From positions 318,781 to 382,780 of the forward strand of contig JAQGDQ010000129.1 of the NCBI GenBank assembly GCA_030141605.1: 64,000 bases of DNA, in the 5' to 3' direction. The DNA is from Tubiluchus corallicola (lineage: Eukaryota; Animalia; Priapulida). A program made the position numbers and the translations under genes. Position 1 is the stretch's first letter; the number at the start of each line of letters is the position of its first letter. The notes under the pieces were generated by a model. The model was given only the letters and a program-made list of their open reading frames with translations. It did not search any database and was not told the origin of the DNA. Shown here piece by piece: positions 52,813 through 64,000 of the stretch.

Positions 52813-53309
52813 ACTTATTCTTTCTTTGTCGAAACCTGCAAAATATCAAGCGATAGTTGACTTTACAATTTATTAAAAAATATCAAAGTAAGTGTGACTG
52901 ATATGGTGCTGGATCTTTTTTATCAACTTTAGTTAATGCAAATGACGAATTTACTTAGCATTTTTACATACACTATAAACTTTTACACTGCAGCATGATT
53001 TCAAAGAATTTTTTGGGTTTTACAGCTGCTGTTTTATAATGTTTTAAAATGAAATGTTGTATTTTTACAAATAATTGCACCTTATATACATTTTTAAAAC
53101 GAACAAATGGAATTATTTGGCATGTACCTTAAACTTCACACTTGTCCACATTCTTTATTGTTAGCTTAATTATTTTTAGAAAACACAAATATGCTGAACA
53201 AACTACTTGAAAAATATGGCATGTGCATACTAATAAATGTTCTAAGACCTCTGAAACACAGTTTAAACACTAAATAAAATTATAGAAAACTGAACAGGGC
53301 TTGATTTAC

Positions 53310-53393
53310 CTGATATAATTATTGTGACTTGTATGAAGCATCATAGCAGATCACTTGTGCTGAGAAATTTCACTTGTTACAAAACTATATATA
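53310..53393 (-). promoter_or_regulatory. Putative TATA box and short non-coding first exon of cyclase copy 1
   Basis: TATATATA at 53386-53393, Inr-like TCAGCA ~25-30 nt downstream, CAG|GTAAAT donor at 53309, ttttgcag acceptor at 52836 just before the ATG. Confidence 0.45.
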
Positions 53394-54129
53394 GCAGTGG
53401 CAGATGACAGTTAAAAGTTTTTCTGTGCTGTTACACTGATTACAGCTAGGGACACTCGTTCAAAAATTCCTTATGGATCAATATGGTTAACAATTACTTA
53501 TACTTTTAGAACTATATTGACAACAACTGCTGCATAAAAAATTATGCCTACTGCCTGATGGTAGCTACTAGTGTATAGTTGAAGTATTGCTTTTTAAATA
53601 AATATTCTTTTGCTTGTTAAAAATTAATAACTACTGCCAGTAGCAGCAGACAGCAGTAAAGTCTAATAAAACTCTCATACCTGGCAAATGAGCAAAGATT
53701 CTAAAGAAAATACTCTGCAGAGGTTCAGCTTGGTTGTAAAAGCTTTCACTTTCAAATGCAACATGCCAGGGCCCAGAATTTGCAGTGGCAGCTAAACACA
53801 TGTGCCAAATGGTATCTATCTGTGCCTCTAAATATGCCTGCCTGTCCTGTACGTGTGGCATCTTGGCATTCAATCTGTCTGCTTAAGATTTTAACTTGTG
53901 ACAGAGTGGTTTAAGGCATCTGCTCTTGCCATGATTTTTTTAAGTGTATTTAATTTAATGTTATCAATAAGGAGAGAACTAATTACTCAAAGACAGTTAG
54001 GTGCTAATTCAGAACCATTTATAGGAATACAATAAACTTTTGTAAAGTCGATTAGGTATTTACAACAAGCCAAATATGTAATGAATAAACAGGCCTGTGG
54101 AAAATAAATAAATACAGTAACATATAGCT

Positions 54130-54750
54130 AAGTGTTTGAAAACACAGTTAAGGGAATTCAACTACTTCGCACATTAAGAGAAGGCTTATTATGGTACATA
54201 AATAAACTTTCTTTCCCAGTTATATGTAGCTCTGGTCACAATGCTGAAATTATTAAAAGCAGCTTTGTGGCCAGAGGCACAAATATGGTCATTAATACTA
54301 GATTGAGGAGAATTTTTTAATTTCTTGGTAGTTCTAGACGAAATACCCAGTTGTATTCACATATACTTACTTTAAAGTATCTGGACGTTTTGCCATGGTA
54401 CGCAGCATTGAAGCTGCTACATTGAAATCTATAAATAATACCAGACTGTAAGAGTGTGGGTATTTTATCTTTAAATGTGAAGAAAGAGCCTAAACTATTG
54501 CCACATTTTAACTCGAATGTGTAACTGAACTGAATATGGGGGTATAGTTGCTTAACGATTTTGTTTTTCACTTCCAAAGTCTGGTGACCAATAAACTGTA
54601 TGAGTAAATATACTATTTTTGGAAACAGACAGTATGGTGATTTTTTGGAAAAAACTTCATCAAGATATTTTTTGATGGTTAAGTCAATGAATCACATTAG
54701 AAATCTGTTAGAAATTTAATTTTTTTTATAGTATTAATGTTTTCATGGAA
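54130..54750 (-). mobile_element. Decayed Penelope-like retroelement fragment (RT thumb + GIY-YIG endonuclease)
   Basis: FFTFKDKIPTLLQSGIIYRFQCSSFNAAYHGKTSRYFKVSICEY, then SINDHICASGH...FNNFSIV and KESLFMYHNKPSLN...IPLTVF across frameshifts. Confidence 0.85.
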
Positions 54751-55609
54751 TTGTGATATTTTTGTTGATAAGTTATGAGTTATGATGATTTGTTATGATA
54801 AGTTTGTTTGTTGATGAAATATAAAAATACAAAATACAGTAGCTATCCGTTAATGTATCTATTTTTTTTCTACAGGTCTGTCTACTCATTAAGTATTTGA
54901 CTTCTTGTAAATACATAATTTTCTGTACTGTATGCTGTGCCTATAAAACTTGTTTGTTTGTTTGTATGTATAAGTCTATCACAGATGATTGCTGCAATTG
55001 ACAGTCGAAATATTTGGTGACATGTTTTTTAAACTTCTGTAAACTTATAGTTTTTTGTTTTTGTAGGACATATATATATATATTCTTGGCTTGATGATAT
55101 ATGTATAATGTCCTTTCTTTGCCATCATCATCAATAGTGATGCAGTCTGCATGATTTAGAAAGAAGTCAAGAGACCAAAATGTTTGGTAAGTTAACTTTG
55201 TTCGATTGTTTGCATTAAACCTCAATATCATAATCACTGATCAATCAGGGTAACTCAGTAATTACAAAGTGAGACCTAACTTAGCCAGTTCTCAGAATCT
55301 CAGAGTGAGAAGTGAAGAATGAAGGACCTTGATGTTTTCCTGGGTTATTTTGCTTAACAGATTCTGCCAGAGCTATCAACATTAATAGACTTATGTTGTG
55401 TGCTGGTTACCAGCTTACATAACAGATGTGCTGGTTGTTATTAAAAATATGTAACAGAAAGAGTTGTTATTTTTAATGACAAGCTGTTGGACACTACCTT
55501 TATTCAGAAAACTACGTTTGAATCCAATTTAGCTACATACTTGTTTATGCGGTGCGGTGTAATTAATTGCAAACAGATTAGTGTAGGTATAATGATTATG
55601 CATCAGAAA

Positions 55610-55780
55610 CAGGGGCAGAACTAGGGGGAGCGAGGGGGGCGCATGCCCCCCTGTCAAAATTTGCGCCCCCCCTGCAAAATCGGACGAATAATTTTTTTTT
55701 GCAGTGAAAATTGCAGTTCGCATGTAATCATTTTCAATATGAATTAGAATTAGGTAAAAAAATGTTCGCTACGCCGTCCT
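55610..55780. mobile_element. GC-rich DNA-transposon/MITE end abutting the truncated cyclase pseudogene
   Basis: caggggcagaactagggggagcgaggggggcgcatgcccccc...gcgccccccc resembles common invertebrate non-autonomous element termini; no matching other end found. Confidence 0.45.
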
Positions 55781-55794
55781 ACACACATGATAAT

Positions 55795-56170
55795 TATATC
55801 ATTCACGGTGCATTGGTAATCCCTATTTCTCTGTGTTTTAGCAGTAATGTCTATGTTTACGGATTCTCCAATCAGTTCATCTAACTCAGATCGTTAAAAC
55901 CCTGTGATCCACGTATTAAATATCGTGGAGCATCCATTTGAGTTGAGTTCCAGTATGTTCACCTCTACAGAAATTTTTCATTTCCCATTCAGCTCCATTG
56001 GGATCATTTCTTTTTATGGATTTTGTAATATTAAATGCATTCACTAGTTGTTCGTCTGGATGAAACACCATTGCATCATTGGCATAATCATAGCTCAGAT
56101 CAATTATCTCTCCACTGCAGATGCGCATACAGAGGCTAAGCATAAAGGTAAAGCCCTGCACTGTCTTCAT
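55795..56170 (-). pseudogene. Cyclase-family pseudogene (copy 2), frameshifted and 3'-truncated
   Basis: Signal peptide + EIIDLSYDYANDAMVF...GEHTGT, then a 5-nt duplication (ctcaa), MDAPRY, a 1-nt deletion and LDELIGESVNIDITAKTQRNRDYQCTVNDI, after which homology stops; very close to copy 1. Confidence 0.85.
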
Positions 56171-58573
56171 GTTTCTGTTCTGGTAAGCTCTGCAAATTAA
56201 ATATTTTATAAACTTATTTTCTCCAGTTACGCATCAGTCAATACTTTTAATTTAGCAGCTATATTTATTTGTGGATAGATTTATTTATTTATATAATATG
56301 CTACTTTTTCTGCAACTACTGAACGATTTGTCACAAATGACGTATCAAACCAACTATCTCATTTTCTCCCAGTCCCTTTAGGTGGTTTGTTTTTCGACTT
56401 CGGTCATCTGGAAAGAACAACGGGCAAAAATCTCCATAAATCGGCATTTTACTCCGATTGTTTGCAAAATTTTTAAAACAGATCTGAAGAATGGAATCAC
56501 GAGAGACTATACAATAACATTTAAAAGAGCTTTTAGCATAGCGTGTGTATGCTAATGTGTATGTATACCATATAATTTGGTTTCCTTGGGAGCAGCAGTA
56601 AGCATTTTTCTGGAAACACCTAACCAATTTTTTTTTAAAATACGTGCAGACAGCCTCTAGTAAAAAATCGATTGTTGAAATTGTTATTGGACAACTCCCA
56701 GAAAGAGGTCAAAATGGTCCAGCTAAAGTGTGACTATTTCATTTAGAGCTATGCCCACTTAAAGAAATGAGGAGGAAGTATTTCAGAGCTCTTTTTCAAC
56801 CTCCCCGGCAATGGTGGTTTTGTCTGGGTAGTGCTGGTGTGTTGCGGGTGTCGGTGATATGGTATCACTGGTATGTGTTTGGGTTTTATTCATTAACTTT
56901 GTTCTTTTCTTGCCCTGTCTTTGATTTGTGTATTGCAGTGATATCTCTTTAAAAAGTGTAAAGTTATTGCTTTTCAACTTGACTGCTCTAACCCAAGATT
57001 ATATTTTTTGTTAATTATATGAGCTAATTCGATTTTTATACGAGACTGAAATTGGTCATGCTTGAGTCTTTTGTTCAAAATTATTTCATTTTTGTCCTTT
57101 GCAAACAACAAAATTCCTGGATGAAATGTTTATCACAATATGCTTTTTGCATCATTCGTTAACCAACCAAATTTGAGTATAACTGGATTAAGAGCACAGA
57201 AATTATTTTATCTCTTTTGTTTGATTAATAACAATAACAGATCTGTTTGGGGGATAGCCAAATGGAAACAATGTGTGCTTATCAGCCAAAGTTTAGCAAT
57301 ACTGAACCTCATCACTGATGGGCGCCCTCCGTGTTCGATTCTCGCTGTAATGCGCTTTCACGTGGGTATGGACATACCACCATATAGATATACAATCAGT
57401 GTCACCCTGAAGGAATCAATCTGAAATCACTAAATACCAAAGAAAAAAGTTAATTTATGGAAAGAAAGATGTGTTAAAAATTGAAATTGAGCCTAGATAT
57501 TAATTAAACAAGAAGCTTGCATCAAATGTTAAACATAAAATACGTCTAGGTCAGCTAGACATAAGAAAAAGTTATGCTTCATCCTGCAAACTGTGACAAC
57601 CATTGATTTGATTAAAACAAATTTCGGCTCAGTACCGTTGCATTATCAAATAAGAAGGATATTTACCACACTTAACAACAAATAGCTATATATATATACT
57701 TAAAAAATAGACTTACCTTAAATTGTCTTTTTCTGTCGTCTCACCATTGTCAAATTTACGTGTTTTAGCTCGCTAATTTTGCCTAGGTAGAAACCACCTG
57801 ACTGTCAAAAACACTGCAGTTAGTACATGTGCAACATCATTAGGACAGACATTTGCTGAGTCATTTACATTTACGCGCAGCTATTTTAATATGTTAAAAT
57901 CCGACACGGTTTTGTGGTCCTTGTTATTTTTCAAGCAAGCGCCACACTTGTTCTTGCAAGGTTTTCAAAAATATGTTTTTATAAATGTTCCACTCATGTT
58001 TCGTCCCCCTTAGAGTGTTGACCAAATTCATTACGTTTTTTTAATTTTGAGACGTTGGCAATGTGGCAATTTTTAATTTTAATTACATATTAGGTCTTTT
58101 ATCTAATAACATGTTCGCATATTTGCAAGTTCTTTTTCTTTTTGCACAGTTTTCTACACTACACACGACTGCCACGAGCTTTATAGGTTAACGTTATATT
58201 AAAATTACTACTTAGTGATAGTAATATTGTGCAGCAAAAGGAGTTTGTATTTTGACGTTTTGGCTACCTAATAGTCACTATCTTAGCTGTCTAATAATAA
58301 CTCCAAGTTAACAGGATTATCACAAAAATGTTTATTTTTACACAATATAACATTTAGTACGGTATTAAAAACACCCAAATTAAGGTGCCACATCAATATT
58401 GCTTTCATTCTCTAGGATTCTGTTGAAATGTAACATTCACAAAATACAGTCATTTCACAATAACTAAAACGCTACCTTCTATGGAGAATATTAATGTCTA
58501 AGTTCATAAAAACACTGATTTATTACAAGGGAAAATATAAACAATGCATGGTCGGTCGTATGATTGTCGGTAT

Positions 58574-59455
58574 TTATAAGAATAGAGTTGCTAGAGCAGC
58601 CAAGAACACGATGGCTGTGCACACATGTCTGCTTTTCATGGCTTCATTTTTAATGGCAAACAGTCTTGTTGGAGCACCAGTGCCGCCTTTTATATACATT
58701 GGAATAGCGAAAACCTTGGTTCCTGTTGGGGGCATATTGTCCAAATTTGCAACGTTCTCCAGCAGCGGGATGTTCTTGCGCAGAAGTACCTTATGAACTG
58801 GGAAAGTTTTTGACTGCCCGTAGTCATTAGAGACCGTGTCTACGCCGTAAAGCTTAATGTTACGCTCTTCAAGCAACCATTTAGCTGTATCAGCATGTAA
58901 GCCAGGGAAGTGCATTTCGGTCCACATGTCACCGCCTTTCTTCATTCCTAGGTACTTCTCTTCATCTTGGAAGTGCCGATGCCATCCTGTATTTAGTAAG
59001 AAGAGAGCGCCATCGGGAATTTGGCCATGGTTGGTTTCCCATTCTTTCATGTCTAGCACTGTGGCTTGGTAATCGGGATCTTCCTTGGCCTTCTCAGAAA
59101 TGTCAACAACCACTCCTGGTCCAATGACACTTTCTAGCTTGATTTGTTCAATTGGACGACCATTTATAACAAAATGGATGGGTGCATCCATGTGTGTTCC
59201 CGCGTGTTCTGTAGTTTCAAAGTTATTTGATTCAACGTAGACATTGTATGGTCCTGCGGCACCTTTATGTGCTCGGCTGAGGTTGTAGCGAAAGAGGCCA
59301 GGCCAGAAGGTCATTCCGGTGTTGGAATACTGGTGTGTTAAATCAATCACTTCATCATCTTCCATGTCGTCGGTTGATTTTTCTTCCTTTTCGCAAAGGG
59401 CAGGAATGACATTTGCGCTTAGCAAACCAATGAATAGCAATAATTTTAGTGCCAT
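58574..59455 (-). CDS. Cyclase-family metal-dependent hydrolase (KynB/isatin hydrolase-like), copy 3; signal peptide and GPI-like tail
   Basis: 293-aa intronless CDS; EHAGTHMDAPIHF, LLNTGW, HFPGL, GVDTVSND, VHKVLL..NIPLLENVANL, GGTGAPTRLFA; splice acceptor at 59459-59460 just before the ATG. Confidence 0.93.
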   Translation of the reverse strand: MALKLLLFIGLLSANVIPALCEKEEKSTDDMEDDEVIDLTHQYSNTGMTFWPGLFRYNLSRAHKGAAGPYNVYVESNNFETTEHAGTHMDAPIHFVINGRPIEQIKLESVIGPGVVVDISEKAKEDPDYQATVLDMKEWETNHGQIPDGALFLLNTGWHRHFQDEEKYLGMKKGGDMWTEMHFPGLHADTAKWLLEERNIKLYGVDTVSNDYGQSKTFPVHKVLLRKNIPLLENVANLDNMPPTGTKVFAIPMYIKGGTGAPTRLFAIKNEAMKSRHVCTAIVFLAALATLFL

Positions 59456-59574
59456 TTCCTGAAAATCAACAAAACAACGAACAGTGAATTGACAATGACA
59501 TATTTTTTACACGCTGGAAAAAAACGTGTTGGTAGTACGGCTTGCATTGCAGTGTGCACTTATTGCATATAACT

Positions 59575-59720
59575 GGATGGCGTAACTCAATGGTAGCGTG
59601 CTCGCTTCCACCTGGGTGGTCTCGGGTTCAACTAATGATCGAGCCATACCAAAGACAAAAAATGGTACAGCTGGTTCTTCGATCAAGCAAGCGGGTTTAT
59701 CGAAATGCAGCTCGGTGTAA
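59575..59720 (+). mobile_element. tRNA-derived SINE
   Basis: A-box-like TAACTCAATGGTAG and B-box-like GGGTTCAACT, then a gccataccaaagac-aaaaaatggtac core of the kind seen in invertebrate SINE2 families; no intact cloverleaf. Confidence 0.65.
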
Positions 59721-62700
59721 AATGCAGGTAACAAGTATATAAGTATTGAGTTACTTAAGGTGTTATCAGCTCGGTACAACAATTTGGGTCATACAAAACC
59801 AGGTCAGACCAACAAAAAGCAATAATTTTATCAAGTGACACTTAGTAAATCTTTACTATTGTTAGTTTGTTATCCATACAAAATTGGCTTCATGCAAAAG
59901 TTGTGTGCACGCCAGTTTTGTGCGGGCGGTTAGCGTCATACAGTTTGCTGCATACACATTTTTTGCAGTGTGAAACTAGTGTATAAGGCTTCTTAAAATT
60001 TACGAGCATTTCTTTTGAAGCTGTAAACCGTAGACGGTAATGATTACGTGCAAACAGCGTTTGACAAAGCTCATGTAACCATCGCCTGTAGTGTTTTAGT
60101 ATATTTGTGATAACATAACTGCATTTATAAATTCTTTGTCACCTGGCTATTTTGTTCTTTACAATTAGACTTTATAACAGTTTCTATCATGACGCTTACT
60201 AGAGGCTCAGTAAAACTAACAAATTAAAGTAATTATTCTGAAAAAACGTATTCATTTTTGCACTGTGGTTACCGAGAACCGTTAAACCAACTGGTTAGCT
60301 TTAATGGGCCTTTACAAATCTATTTTACTTCTGCCTACGATACGGACCAGCACGGATTTGCCCTGTCAGCGCTATCACAGTGTGCAATTTAAAAACGGAT
60401 CTAGAATTTCTGTTTTATTTATCTTTCAAAGAACTGCCCATTAAAAACAATTTCAGAACACAATGTGCGCTTTTAATTTTTGTGACTTTATTGAAAATGC
60501 ATTGGACTAATTATAAACTGGACTCGGTTTCTCCGCTTGTACATTTTTGCAGCGTTGGCTGGATGCAAGCGTTCGTGCAAAGCTTGCACGATATTATTTC
60601 GGGCACTTTGAGTTCTTTACGACGATAACATTTACTTATAACTTGAAGTTTATTTAAAAAAATATATAAGTGAGCAGTAAGATGTAAAGAGGAAAATGAA
60701 AAGTGAAAATCTTTCGTCCTATAGGTATAGCTATCTGCCGTTCATATTGAGTGTTTTGCCACGCCCGTTTTATGCACTGCCGATAACCTGCCATACGACA
60801 TGGGTGCGCATTTTAATTTTTAATCCGCGTTATTCACCAAACCTTAAAAATCGTTTTTAGGTAATAAAAGCAGTTAAACAGTAAAAAAACTAAAAGCATC
60901 ACTCACCGTTTTTTTCATGCAATCGTTTCCTGCAGCAGATACTAAGCAGCTGAAGACTATCCTATAAGATAAGTTATTACAAATCACGCACCTAATCCAC
61001 GTATCGTGTCCAATTCCCAGCAGTAATGTCAATAGTTTTACATTGGGCGCATCCACCGCGTCATTCAACCGTGCACATCATATGCATGGGCAGGCTGGCA
61101 TCCACAATCTCACTCTGGCTACTTAACTGCTTTGGCATAGGCTAATAGGCTTGTGTATACCCACAGTCTGCTTATTCTCGTTTTGAAATGTCCTTGTCAA
61201 ACATTCTGGAATCTTACTGCAAACTCTGCGTGCTCTGTCAGTGTGGCCCGAATGCAGTAAAAATAGAAAAAAATTATCCCAGTTTGCGCCTGGCAGGAAT
61301 GTGTTGTGGGCATTTTCAAGTTCCAAGTTTTTTGGAATTTTAAGTATGGCTGTGCTCTGCAAGCAGGAGTCTTGCAGAAAGTGTTCCAACTTATTTATTC
61401 ATTAATTTTGTTCTTCGTTGTACTTGCCGTTCACCATTAATTTTAAAATCGGTGCCGAGTTGAAATTTGGCCTATTGGTAGAGGGATGCCCAGGTCTTGT
61501 GCAATTTATAAAAATCGGGTCAACGATGAGGATCAGCGGTCACTGGCGACTGTTGGCCTTAGAAAATTTTCGATCGCGCAAAAAAGTCGAGGCCCCGTGA
61601 AACCAAGGCTTTAACAGTTCGAGAAAGAATTTTGGTTTAACAATTTGATGCAGGCACATTTGAATTCAGGTATAGGTGAGTGAGGTTACTCAAGGTTAGA
61701 ATGCACCCTGTAACTTGATCGTGATCGTAGGCTGGCTGGAGATTTGGCATGCATGTGACTGCTGGCAATAAAAGTTTGCACTTAACACTTCCATTACAAA
61801 TTTACAATGTACAGTACAACAGAAAAGTTCCCAAAACGAGAGAACAGAATTTGTTGTTCTGTCAAAGAAGCTTCTCAAGTTTACCACAATGACCAAAGAG
61901 CGTTCATTTTTCGTAAGAATTGTCCGAGCAAGTATGATCTCGATTGCTGTATACACACCTATCAAAAGAGTCGATCTAAATTTACTCTATTTTGTAGACG
62001 CGACCCTATGTGTTGTTTGTTAGATTTGATTTTTATGACTTTGCTTCAGTTTTTTGATTAAAATTTGTCACGCTATCCACGTTGCTTAACAAAACTCTGC
62101 TAGTAATAAAGTATTCTAGTGCATGTCAACGGGGAGGTTAGTTTGAACGTACTTGGTTTAACAAGATGCCTATCCAGGCAAATTTGACTATAACAGTTAT
62201 TTCTCTAACTATTATAAAATGAGACGCACTAAATAAAAACAAAACTGTAGTCGGTAACTTTGTGTAGTAATATATTACTGTCTTAGCTTGAATTCGCGTG
62301 AGGCCAAATTCAGTACAGACTTTCGTGCTTCGTTTCCGCTTAACACCCTCCTAACTACGATCATTTTCCCAAATGTTACTGCTTAACTTGTGGTCGGTCA
62401 AACGTTTGTACCACATTTGGGACTTGCTGACTGGTCGAGCTTGGTTTTAAATTATTTATAACTTATAAATAGTATACCACTAAGCATGCAGCGCTGAGTA
62501 CTATGTCCCTGTTAAATTTACTGCTGTCAGTTGCGTGCCTTTCTCCACTCTGAACATGCCTTGATTTCATTGGCAGTTGTTCAGCGTTGTCATCAATGTC
62601 AAGACGTTGAAGTGTCTGGCCATGTGTGAATGTTGGTCTTAGCTGTAAGGTTAGCACCAAATCCCCGCCAATTTTCCTGCTACACTGCCTAGAGTTTAAT

Positions 62701-63334
62701 GTGAAGTTCTGAATCTGTTGCAGCAAAAGCATTTCTGTCATAGTCTGCTTTACAAACTTATGATGTAATTTTAAATACAGATTGGGCTATTAAGTTCATC
62801 CTTCAAACCAAACTTGATACATATTAAAAATCTACTAGTGTTTAAACATGCATAGAAATTCCGGTAATTTTAATGTCATGTTTAATCAAAATGAAGCTAA
62901 AAAAATTCAATTTAAAAATGTTATTTTGTTACCCTTTTTACCATTCTACGTGTAATATTTTTCAAGGCTTGTTTCGCAAGCTTTAGAAACAGAGGTTGAG
63001 ATTTACAATTCATGGTTAGAAAATTGCTTTCTTTTTTAACATAGTAATGCTTACCAAAGTCATTTTCATTTAGTGATGGTTTTACATTTTTTATTTAAAG
63101 TCTAATTCCAAATTGCAAAACCCAGGTGAAAACCAAATTGCAAAACTGCTAACATGATTACCTATGGCAAGTAGCACCTCCAAATTATTACTTACAAATA
63201 CTGTACATATGTGCATCTATATACTGCACTAGCATCTATATAGCCTTCACAAGCCACATTTTTTTGGAACTACTTTTCTAAACCTTAAAGAGACTAATTG
63301 AAAGCACTAATAATGCTTTTTAAAATGTAATTAA

Positions 63335-63741
63335 CTATACAAACAGGTAGGCAAGAAACATAAAAATTACAAGCATGAGAGCCATGTTAAGGTGAATTAA
63401 GGTGACACTGCCATTTACCACAGCAAAGACCCTTACTGGTGCACCAGAACCGTCCTTAATTTTCATGGGTATTGCAAAGACAGTGCTACCCGTTGGTGGC
63501 ATCTCATCTAGATTTGCTAAGAAATCTATGATTCCGATACTGTGGTGTGCCTGAATTCTATAGTGAACTCTAAATGTTTGATCTGAGCCAGGGTCCAATC
63601 CCATATCAGATCCAAATAGCTTGATCTTTCGTTCTTCAATTAACCACTTCACAGCTTCAATGTCTATCCCTGGGTAGTGCATCTTGCCTCTTCTGTCTAT
63701 TCCAAAGTAAACCTTTGGGTCATCCCAATATCTGTGTCTTC
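63335..63741 (-). CDS. Cyclase-family hydrolase copy 4, last coding exon (upstream exon outside the window)
   Basis: ttacag acceptor at 63742-63743, then (G)RHRYWDDPKVYFG...MHYPGID..AVKWLIEERKIKLFGSD...VH...LANLDEMPPTG...PMKIKDGSGAPVRVFA + hydrophobic tail; in-frame stop upstream of the acceptor. Confidence 0.85.
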
Positions 63742-64000
63742 CTGTAAGTTAAAAATAGTTCATGTGTCATCAAATGAAGGTTTCATGACATCACAGTGAC
63801 TAGCATAGAAATGTGTTTTTGTAAGAGGAGAATATGGATATAAAACCTTATATATTGTTATTGCTATGTATGCTAGTACATTGCAAGGGTTTTCTATACA
63901 TGCATACCCGAATGGTCTCATCAGACGAAGTACCTCAGTATCGATAAATTTTTGTAAGCATTACTGTAGCAAATTTCTTTACAGTCATCATTAGCCTTGG

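Noticed and set aside
55340-55425. Candidate U12 branch/acceptor (ttgcttaac...ccag) for STX8 exon 4
   Set aside because: The downstream frame hits a stop within ~17 codons and does not resemble STX8.
52540-59072. Plus-strand ORFs overlapping the cyclase genes (52540, 58494, 58625, 58857)
   Set aside because: Antisense shadows of real coding sequence; no STX8 similarity.
59579-59640. Possible genuine tRNA gene
   Set aside because: Acceptor and T stems do not close and a SINE-like body follows; called a SINE instead.
61807-62061. ORF considered as STX8 exon 4
   Set aside because: No U12 branch point at the right distance and no E..RR..L..L helix similarity.

Overview
AT-rich (roughly one-third GC by eye), intron-rich DNA from an invertebrate animal genome. 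Most short ORFs in the track are noise, so the genes were rebuilt by hand from splice sites. (1) A complete 13-exon, strongly divergent glycogen synthase (+, 2448-14589, ~848 aa) with intact catalytic motifs but eroded phospho-/G6P-regulatory elements and a novel ~240-aa tail. (2) A convergent, complete 8-exon fringe (O-fucose beta-1,3-GlcNAc transferase; -, 45671-16620, 382 aa) with a ~21-kb first intron and an excess of perfect Su(H)/CSL sites. (3) The first three exons of syntaxin-8 (+, ATG at 45952, absent from the ORF track), head-to-head with fringe across 280 bp; its third intron starts with a U12-type donor (GTATCCTTTT) and appears to run past the window end. (4) Apparently nested antisense inside that minor intron, a tandem array of at least four metal-dependent cyclase/KynB-isatin-hydrolase-family genes (two intact, one pseudogene, one partial and intron-bearing), predicted to be secreted and GPI-anchored. 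Also present: CR1/L2-like LINE and Penelope relics, a tRNA-derived SINE, several MITE/foldback elements and microsatellites.
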